From IMG/VR virus record IMGVR_UViG_3300042397_003635: a DNA stretch of 64,000 bases. One strand, given 5' to 3'. Shown here one piece after another: positions 29,653 through 37,639 of this stretch; positions within the stretch are counted from its first letter, which is position 1, and each line of letters begins with the position of its first letter. This stretch comes from a virus (Duplodnaviria > Caudoviricetes). The notes under the pieces are model-generated. The model was not told where the DNA came from and searched no databases. It saw nothing but the letters and a program-made list of their open reading frames with translations. A program made the translations under genes and the position numbers.

Positions 29653-29735
29653 TTTGGCGAATTCTTTTTTGTTATTTATTAGGGATAATTGAGACTTGGA
29701 AAAATTTTACCTTCGCTCTAGACCAAATAGATAAT

Positions 29736-29753
29736 TCTTTAGTATTATACTAA
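29736..29753. promoter_or_regulatory. palindromic, possibly bidirectional -10 element between gp6-like and tmRNA
   Basis: TTAGTA-TTA-TACTAA: reads AGTATTAT/TATACT on + (about 10 nt before tmRNA G1) and AGTATAAT on -. Confidence 0.5.
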
Positions 29754-29760
29754 GAAATAT

Positions 29761-30227
29761 GGGGCTGTTTTGGCGTTTGACAAGCGGTCGTAGTTCTTTG
29801 AATGCAGGCGGAGTTAGTATTGGAAACTCCTTAATAACCTATACGAATAATAACTGACAATAAGTCAACTTGGACTTTCGAAGACGCTATGTCTTTCGTA
29901 GGTGCTGATTTAGCAGTAGCTGCCTAATCGCTCCCGTATCACTCATGGGACTTTAATAAGAAGTGAAAGCCAAATCCAGGTGGCTCCCTTAATAGTCAAG
30001 GCTGACCTTGAGCATCTGATCGTAGTCGATCTATACAGGGGGCGAAAGAGTTGGAGTAACAGGTCGGAGCTCTACTAAATAACTTCGAGACCAGGTTGTT
30101 TTTCTGATGGGTTTCCCACATACATCAAATCAGATATTTTGTCCAATTTAGAAAAAATGGACTAAGCCTGTGAATGAATTCATTGAAGTAGCCGGATTGG
30201 ACACGGGTTCGACTCCCGTCAGCTCCA
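29761..30227 (+). ncRNA. ssrA: tmRNA
   Basis: 5' GGGGCTG pairs with 3' CAGCTCC-A including the G3.U Ala determinant; T-arm ACGGG-TTCGACT-CCCGT; tag ORF 29856-29927 after ATAACT encodes (A)DNKSTWTFEDAMSFVGADLAVAA*. Confidence 0.93.
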
Positions 30228-30261
30228 CTACTGTATTTTTCTAGGTGAATAAATAACCTAT

Positions 30262-31017
30262 ATGAAGAATACAAATACACAGGATATATTCCTTCGTAAT
30301 CTTACAATCTCTTTACTTGATCTATTAAATAGACAGTTAGAGATTGAGATGTGGCGCGACGATCGCCCAGAGATTCACACAATCCCTTTTTACTTTAATC
30401 AAGGAACCGATGAGGGATTTATGCAAGATTTCTTTATAGGAATTCCATCTACTTGTAAAATTTCACAATTGGCTGAGGGTAATTACGACCCAATTCCTAG
30501 AGGAATAATCACACTAAGCTCATTTAATGTAAAATCTTCAGATCTTGTAAACAAATATGTTAGAGGAACTTTTCAGCGAGATGAATTTGATGAAAATGAT
30601 ACAAAGAAAAGTAAAGCCTATTCAGCTAGACTCTATTCGCTTCCTCTTAAAGTAAGCTTTGATGCAAAAATTATTGTTGATAATCTTAATAAAACATTTA
30701 AGGCAACTGAAAAATTATTTGATCTTTTCTACAGTAATCGAGTAATGTACTTTCAATATAGAGGAATTCGAATCCCTGCTCTATTTGTTTTTCCAGATCA
30801 GGCAACAAATGATAAGGCTTATAAGTTTTCATATACTGACAATAATAAAATAACAATTTCTTTCAGCATTGAAATCGAAACTTACTTTCCTAGTTTTGAT
30901 AAGACTACTGAGATGTTTAGAGGAAACGTTATTGATCAAATTTTAACAAAAACAATTGATAAAGATTCTGGCCAATTGGATGGTAAATCTTGGATTGATA
31001 ATAATAACCCACAATAA
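30262..31017 (+). CDS. T4 gp15-like tail terminator/sheath stabiliser
   Basis: FLRNLTISLLDLLN, IPFYFNQG, PRGIITLSSF, P.KVSFD..I, FSIE.ETYFP pattern; ATAAATA at 30249-30255. Confidence 0.6.
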   Translation: MKNTNTQDIFLRNLTISLLDLLNRQLEIEMWRDDRPEIHTIPFYFNQGTDEGFMQDFFIGIPSTCKISQLAEGNYDPIPRGIITLSSFNVKSSDLVNKYVRGTFQRDEFDENDTKKSKAYSARLYSLPLKVSFDAKIIVDNLNKTFKATEKLFDLFYSNRVMYFQYRGIRIPALFVFPDQATNDKAYKFSYTDNNKITISFSIEIETYFPSFDKTTEMFRGNVIDQILTKTIDKDSGQLDGKSWIDNNNPQ

Positions 31018-31820
31018 TGAAATATCTATTAGAATATAAAACTTTTATCTTATCTGAGGGAGGTAATGCTTTTCCAGAAACAGTATCTGTTAAAAGAGAA
31101 GATATTCAAAGAATTGTTAAAGAGTTTAATGATAGAGTAGTCCAGGGGATACTCGGAAGCCAGCCTGGTGAACCAATTGGTAGCTGGAAACAGAAACCTA
31201 TTTCAGGAGATATTGATTGCCTGGTATACACAGATTTAGAACTTCCTAAAATTGTTGAACTATGTAAAGCTCAAGGAATTGATGCTAAAGCTTTTTATGG
31301 TTTTAATATTGTTTCAACTAAGTTTGAACCAACTGATCATGAACCTGTTCAAATTGATATTTTCGTAAGACCAGATTCTGCCAATAAAGAGGCAACTGAT
31401 ATTTTCTATAAAAATATTGAAGAGGATCCCGATACTACAAAACACCGTGTCTATTTTCTATTTACAATTTTAGATTCGAGAAAAGAAGATATTGAAGGGG
31501 ATCCTGCACAACCTTCTAAATTTACAGGTTATATGTTAAGACCTGACGGTCTTTATAAGATTGTTAAAGAGATGAAAAAGGTAAATTACAAAATCATGGA
31601 TCGCCAATTAATTGCTGAATCTGCTGAAGATATGGCAAAGGCAATTTTTGGAGAAGCCTTACCATTTAGTGAATGGAATACCTTTAAGAAAACATTTGAT
31701 CTTTTCATGAAGTCGCCGCTCTATCCAAATAAACAGGATATTGTTATGGCTTATATTGAGAAATTAAAAGAAGAGGGTTTACCTTTTCCAACTAGTGTTA
31801 AACTAGATTCTTACGTTTAA
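31017..31820 (+). CDS. Pol-beta-superfamily nucleotidyltransferase with capsid-targeting-like leader
   Basis: IGSWKQKPISGDIDCLV (GS...DxD) plus a third Asp in VQIDIF; N-terminus MKYLLEYKTFILSE-GGNAF. Confidence 0.65.
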   Translation: MKYLLEYKTFILSEGGNAFPETVSVKREDIQRIVKEFNDRVVQGILGSQPGEPIGSWKQKPISGDIDCLVYTDLELPKIVELCKAQGIDAKAFYGFNIVSTKFEPTDHEPVQIDIFVRPDSANKEATDIFYKNIEEDPDTTKHRVYFLFTILDSRKEDIEGDPAQPSKFTGYMLRPDGLYKIVKEMKKVNYKIMDRQLIAESAEDMAKAIFGEALPFSEWNTFKKTFDLFMKSPLYPNKQDIVMAYIEKLKEEGLPFPTSVKLDSYV

Positions 31821-32449
31821 CCAATATAGTTAAGACCCTCACCAAAATCTAGGGCAATATCAAAGTTATAGAATTGGAATGTTACGTCAAACGTATTAAA
31901 TTTCGGCGCATTCTCATTATAGGATAGCGAAATTTGAGTTAATCCAGTTAGGATTGGATGATTAAAAACCACTGATGATACAGCATAACCTTCATTATTT
32001 AGTAGGGTTAATCTAATTGGATCTAGCGTCAATCCCTGCGGATCTGCAACAGTTGGAACACCAACTCCACTTAAACTTTTTCTTAGGTTTGCTGGTTCAA
32101 CGTTTCCTTGACTTAAATAGTTAAGCGCATTATCTAAAAAGATAAAGTAATTTAGGTATGCATCGCTTAGTTTAAATTTAATTGTAAACTTACGCTCAAA
32201 CATATCAGCGATTGGCTTAGCGCTTTTGAAATCTTGAACCTTTCCGAGAGGACGAGTCTGTGTAACAAGAGGAACGGTAAATCCATTAAATGTAACTGAC
32301 TGAATAGTAGACGCCATAAAATCTTCAATCGTCTCGTATGGCATAATAAGACTATTGTAGTATTTCTCGTATTTCTTACTTATCTCCTTTGAGAAGAAAG
32401 TCTCTGGGAAACTGATTAGGAATCCGTTTTGTCTTGCACTTAGTATCAT
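31817..32449 (-). CDS. tail-tube-fold protein (gp19/gp48/gp54-like)
   Basis: SVTFNG, F.IKFKL.D.YLNY, .F..P....L.QISLSY, FNTFDVTF.F pattern; ATAAATA at 32456-32462. Confidence 0.5.
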   Translation of the reverse strand: MILSARQNGFLISFPETFFSKEISKKYEKYYNSLIMPYETIEDFMASTIQSVTFNGFTVPLVTQTRPLGKVQDFKSAKPIADMFERKFTIKFKLSDAYLNYFIFLDNALNYLSQGNVEPANLRKSLSGVGVPTVADPQGLTLDPIRLTLLNNEGYAVSSVVFNHPILTGLTQISLSYNENAPKFNTFDVTFQFYNFDIALDFGEGLNYIG

Positions 32450-32470
32450 ATAGATTATTTATTCCACCAT

Positions 32471-32500
32471 AAAAAAGAAAGGCTGCACTTTCGCACAGCC
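32471..32500 (-). terminator. intrinsic terminator
   Basis: Minus strand GGCTGTGC-GAAA-GTGCAGCC followed by TTTCTTTTTT. Confidence 0.8.
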
Positions 32501-32529
32501 TGATCTTTGATAGTAGGATTTGTACTTTA

Positions 32530-32979
32530 TTAAGCTTCTACAAACTTAAAGAAGGTAGGGTAGTTATTACCACTCTTTACTTCGCTAAGTGTTTCCAACT
32601 TAATTGGGTGATATGACAACTCTTTTTCCTGACTCAATAGCTCATTAAATTCCTTATTGAACTCTGCAAAGTTAGGGTTCATCTTAGAAACTTCTTTACC
32701 ATCCTTGTCCATTTCTTTGATAACCATTTGGAGAGAAACTCCACCTTGATCGTCAGCTGTGCCATATTTTTTGATCAATTCTTCACGTTGAGTATCTAGA
32801 GTTTTAACCTCTGCTGATACAACGTCGTTTAACTGGTTAATCCAGTATTTAGCAACTAGACCAATCTCTTCGTCTAGAATACCATTTTTTACCTTCTCTC
32901 CTGATTGCTGGTTGATCAAGCCATTAAGTTCGCTCTGTAGAGAGTAGATTTCAAAAAGTTTTACCTTTAAGTTCTTCAT
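32530..32979 (-). CDS. DUF1617-like hypothetical protein
   Basis: REELIKKYG..D..G and F.KEFNELL.QE.E motifs; AGTATAAG at about 33002-33009. Confidence 0.55.
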   Translation of the reverse strand: MKNLKVKLFEIYSLQSELNGLINQQSGEKVKNGILDEEIGLVAKYWINQLNDVVSAEVKTLDTQREELIKKYGTADDQGGVSLQMVIKEMDKDGKEVSKMNPNFAEFNKEFNELLSQEKELSYHPIKLETLSEVKSGNNYPTFFKFVEA

Positions 32980-33034
32980 GAAGTTGTTACTTTTTTGTTT
33001 CTTATACTATAGTTCCATTTCAGGTTTTGCTGCA

Positions 33035-33066
33035 TAAAAAAAGGGAACACAAAAATATTCCCTTTT
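33035..33066 (-). terminator. intrinsic terminator ending the fibre operon
   Basis: Minus strand AAGGGAATA-TTTTT-GTGTTCCCTT TTTTT (imperfect stem). Confidence 0.6.
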
Positions 33067-33085
33067 AACTAATTTAAAATTTAAA

Positions 33086-33436
33086 TTACGGTTGAGCTGG
33101 AGCTGGTTCAGCCGGTGGAGTAACTGGAGTTGGTTCCGGTTGAACCCATTCAGTATCTCTAACTAGACCGGCTTTTGCTAATACTACATCAACAAATACC
33201 ATATCATCAGTACCCCAAGTGGCAGTATCTTCAGCTGTACAATTAATGTGCTTAGACATAATTTGAACTACTGCTGCAGAGGGCGCAGTTGGCATAGGAT
33301 CAGCTTCATATAAATTAACCATTGCTGTAGCTAATCCGGTTGCTAAATCATAGTGCATTAGGTGAATTGTAGCAAATTCTGCAGTTTTGCCAAATCCTGT
33401 AATCGATTCGATTTTTACTTTTAACATTGTGAACAA
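33086..33436 (-). CDS. hypothetical, possible tail-fibre assembly protein
   Basis: WGTDD..VD.V..K.GL motif near the C-terminus; TATAAATA at 33447-33454. Confidence 0.5.
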   Translation of the reverse strand: MFTMLKVKIESITGFGKTAEFATIHLMHYDLATGLATAMVNLYEADPMPTAPSAAVVQIMSKHINCTAEDTATWGTDDMVFVDVVLAKAGLVRDTEWVQPEPTPVTPPAEPAPAQP

Positions 33437-33454
33437 TATTTTTTATTATTTATA

Positions 33455-33793
33455 CTAGACAGTAGCAGTTGGTTCTGACCAGGCTTCAGTTGCAAGAAGA
33501 GTAAGGATCTCATCATGAGTTAATTCTGGATAAGATTCACTCCAAACTGAAGGTCTTCCGTATGTTCCCGCTAGAGTAGTATAGGTTTCCTCAACCATTG
33601 TTTCAGGGTTAAGAAAGGTTTTTACAATATCTTCTTCGATAATATTGATATCGTATTTTATAAAGGTTTGGGTTCCATCTAGAGAATATCTCAGTGAATC
33701 TTGACTAAATTCCAAGACTTCATTAAAATTAATTGATTCAACTAGGGTCGATGGAATTACTAACCATCTTCTATTTTCAAATGGGGTTGGCAT
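33455..33793 (-). CDS. hypothetical protein of the LamG/fibre locus
   Basis: ORF track; coupled to the upstream LamG gene. Confidence 0.6.
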   Translation of the reverse strand: MPTPFENRRWLVIPSTLVESINFNEVLEFSQDSLRYSLDGTQTFIKYDINIIEEDIVKTFLNPETMVEETYTTLAGTYGRPSVWSESYPELTHDEILTLLATEAWSEPTATV

Positions 33794-35349
33794 TATAAAT
33801 TAAATCTTTTTTTGTATGATTTGAAGTTTTGAGATAATTCATCTGGTGTAAGTACTCTATTATAAATTTTAATTATTGGAATTTTTCCAATAAACCAGCG
33901 CTCTCCGCTTGTAGAAAATCCCTTTCCAAATACCAAATTAGAAAAGGATCCATACCAATTGTTAAATGTAGTAGTTGTTACTGGGGAACCATTATAATAT
34001 GAAATAAAGGTTGAGCCTGTTCTAGTAAGAGCTACATGATGATAAACTGCTCCATTTAATCCAGATGATACAACAGTTATTCCAGTATAACTGCCAGAAG
34101 AATCGCCAACCACCCATCCAAGATTACCCGAAGAGTTTTGTTCAAGTCTTGGCCCGATATTACTATAAGATCCACTGTATACTAACCAATTACAATCCAT
34201 AGGATTTCGGTAATTTGAAACGCTATCTGATTTAAAAACAATTTCTATTGTAAAATCTGAAATTGATCCTAAATTACCTACTCCTCCAAAATCATCAGTT
34301 CCATCAAATTGAAATACTCCAGCTGAATCATAACTCATAGTTGAAATATCAATAGTTCTATTGCCAGTTGCATCCAATAAAGCCTGTGTTGCGCTTCGGG
34401 TTCCTGCAACAAATGGCGTTGGGTGACTATTTCTTTCAACCTGAATATTTGCAAGATCATACTTATCTAGCGCTCCCGGCCAAAAATAAGAAATTACATA
34501 TTCATTAATTGGAGTAAACTGGAATGACTGTCTGGTCCAAACTCCTAACGGCCCATGCGTATATCCGTGACCCCAACTTGTTGGACTAACGCTTCCATAG
34601 TTATAATTTGACATGGATCCGCCAGCATTTGCAGTTTGTTGGTTAAGGGCTCTTGTCCAAAATGAATATGTATGAACTTGTCCAGGAACAACGACTGCAT
34701 CTGGTCCATACGACATACCATCTGCGCTCTCTGGCCGATGTGCATGCAATCTCATACAGTCAGTTTTTTGTGAAGGATATAGATCAAATCCTCCAACTAT
34801 AATTTCTTTTACTAATCCTGAGTTAGGTAAGTGTGGGGCTCCCCACCATTTGGTTGGAAATCCACTTGCACTAACTGAAACTCGCTGGTCTAACCAAAAT
34901 GAATCGTGTACTTTATGTCCACCGGTTGCAGGATTAATATAACCCTGATCTCCTCCCTGTGAACCATTATATGCATGCAGAGAAAATTGGGTATCTGAAA
35001 TCTTTTTTGCAAAATAATCTGTACCTGCAGTTACACCGCCTCCAGTTGATTCAGGTCGTATAACATCAAATGAATAAATTCCATGTGAACCATTTGTTGT
35101 TATAATATTATTTGAAACACTTGCAATAGATGGGATATCCCAATAAACTGCACAGCCATTATTTCCACAGTATTTGTTTGTATTGTATGATGCCCAGCCA
35201 TTTCCAAAAGTTGGATAACTATTTACTTGAGGAGACGGTATTGTGTTTACAGCAGGCTCCCCTCTATAACTATTAAAAAAATCAGCAGAGTCAAACGCAA
35301 AAATTAATCCACGCGAAACCTGTCCATTATATCCTATACGAATTGCCAT
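33793..35349 (-). CDS. LamG/ConA-like lectin domain virion protein
   Basis: N-terminal GLIFAFDSAD; C-terminal FDGTDD...YHHVALT...YYNG...IKIYNRVLT..E..QNF. Confidence 0.8.
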   Translation of the reverse strand: MAIRIGYNGQVSRGLIFAFDSADFFNSYRGEPAVNTIPSPQVNSYPTFGNGWASYNTNKYCGNNGCAVYWDIPSIASVSNNIITTNGSHGIYSFDVIRPESTGGGVTAGTDYFAKKISDTQFSLHAYNGSQGGDQGYINPATGGHKVHDSFWLDQRVSVSASGFPTKWWGAPHLPNSGLVKEIIVGGFDLYPSQKTDCMRLHAHRPESADGMSYGPDAVVVPGQVHTYSFWTRALNQQTANAGGSMSNYNYGSVSPTSWGHGYTHGPLGVWTRQSFQFTPINEYVISYFWPGALDKYDLANIQVERNSHPTPFVAGTRSATQALLDATGNRTIDISTMSYDSAGVFQFDGTDDFGGVGNLGSISDFTIEIVFKSDSVSNYRNPMDCNWLVYSGSYSNIGPRLEQNSSGNLGWVVGDSSGSYTGITVVSSGLNGAVYHHVALTRTGSTFISYYNGSPVTTTTFNNWYGSFSNLVFGKGFSTSGERWFIGKIPIIKIYNRVLTPDELSQNFKSYKKRFNL

Positions 35350-35364
35350 TCCATAATAGTATTT

Positions 35365-36585
35365 TTAGCAGAGGTAACATCCTCTATTTTCATATCTAAC
35401 TCGAGTTCTTCTATAAATGTCTAATATTTCTGGGGCACCCAAAACTCTATTGTAAGCAAGAGCCATTGGAATTTCTCCAAGATATTTAGAGTGGTATTCT
35501 CCCCCAATCATTGGCGGCGATCCTAAATAGGTTCCTCCATAAAATCCAGTACTTGCTGAATTAACCAATACGCCATTTAAATAAAGTTTAAGTTGACCAT
35601 CCGTTGATCGGGTACACGCTAACATATTCCAACCAGTCGGAGTTGCTCCTCCACCTAGTAGATATTCGCTTGTTCCATTATTATTTCCAACCCAGGCTGC
35701 AATTGAACCATGATAATAGCTCATTAATTTAAGTCCAGCTCTGTAATCAGGAGAAGTACAAATTAAGGTTCGGTGAGGAGCACCTGTGTCGCCATACCAT
35801 TCAAACCAAGAAACGAGAGTTTGATTTTGTGAAAGCTGAGTAAGCGGACCGCCTGAAACAGTTAGCCAATCATTTGTACCATCAAAATATAGAGTTCCTT
35901 CATTAATATAGCCAGCTCTGGTTAAATCAATTGTGGAATTTCCAGTTACGTCAACTAGTGCATTAGTTACGCTACGCGTTCCAAGCACAAGTGGAGTTAC
36001 GTGAGACTTTTGTTCAACTTGATAACCAAAATAGGCAACTTTTTCTCCAACATAGTCTCCAGTATAGCTACTCATGTAAATTCCATTTTCATTGGATTGG
36101 GTAGTTACAACAGCAGTTAGCCTGATCCACTTTTGTCTTGGCCAATTTAAGTAATTAGTATCGCCATTATACGCAAATGTACCGATTGAATTATTATTAA
36201 CGGCAGTTCTTACATAGGGCTGAGCTTGCATAGTACTTCCTTGAAACCAAAAATAAATTGAAAACGCATACTGTAAACTTGGGGCAACTGGAATAATTGA
36301 AGATCCAATGTGTTGATTACCGGCTGCAGTTACTTCAGAACTAAAAATTCTTAAATTAGTCGTATCGACATTTGGAATTACCGGTTTAGCTAATGAAGTA
36401 TCATTGTCATTTAAGATACTTGATCCAGAGTTAAACCACCAGTTACCATTTGAATTTAGGTAATTATTAGTTGCATAGGCAATATTAGTAGTAGTTTCCC
36501 CAAAATAGGAGGTATTTGTATCGTTTGTATCGAATGCAAATATTAAGCCATTTTCGCTATAGTCTAATCCAGTTTTAACTGACAT
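35365..36585 (-). CDS. LamG/ConA-like lectin domain virion protein
   Basis: GLIFAFDTND; LYFDGTND...WNMLACTR...LYLNG...AYNRVL. Confidence 0.8.
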   Translation of the reverse strand: MSVKTGLDYSENGLIFAFDTNDTNTSYFGETTTNIAYATNNYLNSNGNWWFNSGSSILNDNDTSLAKPVIPNVDTTNLRIFSSEVTAAGNQHIGSSIIPVAPSLQYAFSIYFWFQGSTMQAQPYVRTAVNNNSIGTFAYNGDTNYLNWPRQKWIRLTAVVTTQSNENGIYMSSYTGDYVGEKVAYFGYQVEQKSHVTPLVLGTRSVTNALVDVTGNSTIDLTRAGYINEGTLYFDGTNDWLTVSGGPLTQLSQNQTLVSWFEWYGDTGAPHRTLICTSPDYRAGLKLMSYYHGSIAAWVGNNNGTSEYLLGGGATPTGWNMLACTRSTDGQLKLYLNGVLVNSASTGFYGGTYLGSPPMIGGEYHSKYLGEIPMALAYNRVLGAPEILDIYRRTRVRYENRGCYLC

Positions 36586-36587
36586 AA

Positions 36588-36710
36588 TTATTGAGTGATG
36601 ACGGCTTGTGCCTCGGCTTCAGAATAATAAATTCCAATTAAGTCTGCTCCCTCCAATACAAACCAGCATGGAGTTCCATCTACATCAAATCCAGTTTCTA
36701 TGTACTTCAT
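36588..36710 (-). CDS. 40-aa protein missed by the ORF track
   Basis: MKYIETGFDVDGTPCWFVLEGADLIGIYYSEAEAQAVITQ*; ATGA overlap with the upstream stop; fills the gap exactly. Confidence 0.7.
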   Translation of the reverse strand: MKYIETGFDVDGTPCWFVLEGADLIGIYYSEAEAQAVITQ

Positions 36711-37384
36711 CGACCGTGTCTATTTTTTTGTGCATTATAATTTTGAAGAACCTCTTCACCAGTTAATGCATTATTGTATACTCTAATTGTAGAAATTCCA
36801 CCTGCAAATTGACGACCGTCTCCTTCCCAACCAATATTACAGTCGCTATAGACATAACCTGCTGTTGCATAGGTTGAAACCGTATTTACAAGCGAACCAT
36901 TGACATATTGTTTTAAGGTTCGATTTTTTGTGTCCCAAACCGAAACCAGATGGTGCCATCTTTCTCTATCCATAGTTACGCCTGGCTCATGATAGCCTTG
37001 ATTTGTTGTCGAATACCAATAATTACTTAATTGTTGATTTCCTTTATTCCAACTTAGATAAGCATATCCTTGGAAAATACAACCTCTATCTCCACCGCTT
37101 AATTCACCGGCAGCCGGATAAATCCATGCCTCTAATGTAAGGGTATTCATATATTGATTTGATCCAAATCTGACAGCAAATCTGTCACCAATATCATCTA
37201 AATAGAAACATTTGGCGCCGCCTACTGTAATATTTCTTGGACTTCCATAGATATCTGCATATTTACCGTTGGTACTAAGATCCGACCAAATTGCACCCGA
37301 TCCAGGATAACTAGAAGGATCCCCTGCATCTAGCGCAAGTATTAAACCTTTTGTAACTATTCTTGGATTGTAGTGGAGTGCCAT
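36707..37384 (-). CDS. LamG/ConA-like lectin domain virion protein
   Basis: PRIVTKGLILALDAGDPSSYPGSG; LEAWIYP; WHHLVSVWD; YVNG; RVYNNALT.EEV.QNYNA. Confidence 0.88.
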   Translation of the reverse strand: MALHYNPRIVTKGLILALDAGDPSSYPGSGAIWSDLSTNGKYADIYGSPRNITVGGAKCFYLDDIGDRFAVRFGSNQYMNTLTLEAWIYPAAGELSGGDRGCIFQGYAYLSWNKGNQQLSNYWYSTTNQGYHEPGVTMDRERWHHLVSVWDTKNRTLKQYVNGSLVNTVSTYATAGYVYSDCNIGWEGDGRQFAGGISTIRVYNNALTGEEVLQNYNAQKNRHGR

Positions 37385-37638
37385 TATGCTTGAGTTGTCG
37401 CTGCATTTTTTGCTTTATTATGAAATATTTGAGCATAGAACGCAAAATTATGGGTGATAAGACCAAATTCAGGAGAGCCTATATGAATAGCCCCTTCTTC
37501 GCGTTCACAAATAAAGAATATTGTTGAATTTACATCAATAATTCCAACGACTTTCATTCTTGAATTTGCTCCAATATTATAATAAGTGTCTAATTCATAG
37601 ACAGCTTCTTCAACTTGATATGACTGTAAATTTTGCAT
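37384..37638 (-). CDS. hypothetical protein (84 aa)
   Basis: ORF track; coupled to both neighbours. Confidence 0.55.
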   Translation of the reverse strand: MQNLQSYQVEEAVYELDTYYNIGANSRMKVVGIIDVNSTIFFICEREEGAIHIGSPEFGLITHNFAFYAQIFHNKAKNAATTQA

Positions 37639-37639
37639 A

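Larger units (their letters stand above)
544..33010 (-). promoter_or_regulatory. recurring (A/T/G)GTATAAT-type -10 motif before non-structural genes
   Basis: Sites at about 544 (AGTATAAA), 2043 (AGTATATT), 2895, 5091, 5690, 13240, 14160, 24051 (AGTACAAT) and 33002 (AGTATAAG). Confidence 0.7.

Noticed and set aside
30190-30230. Stand-alone tRNA
   Set aside because: The T-arm and acceptor half pair with GGGGCTG about 460 nt upstream and there is no anticodon arm; it is the tmRNA 3' end.
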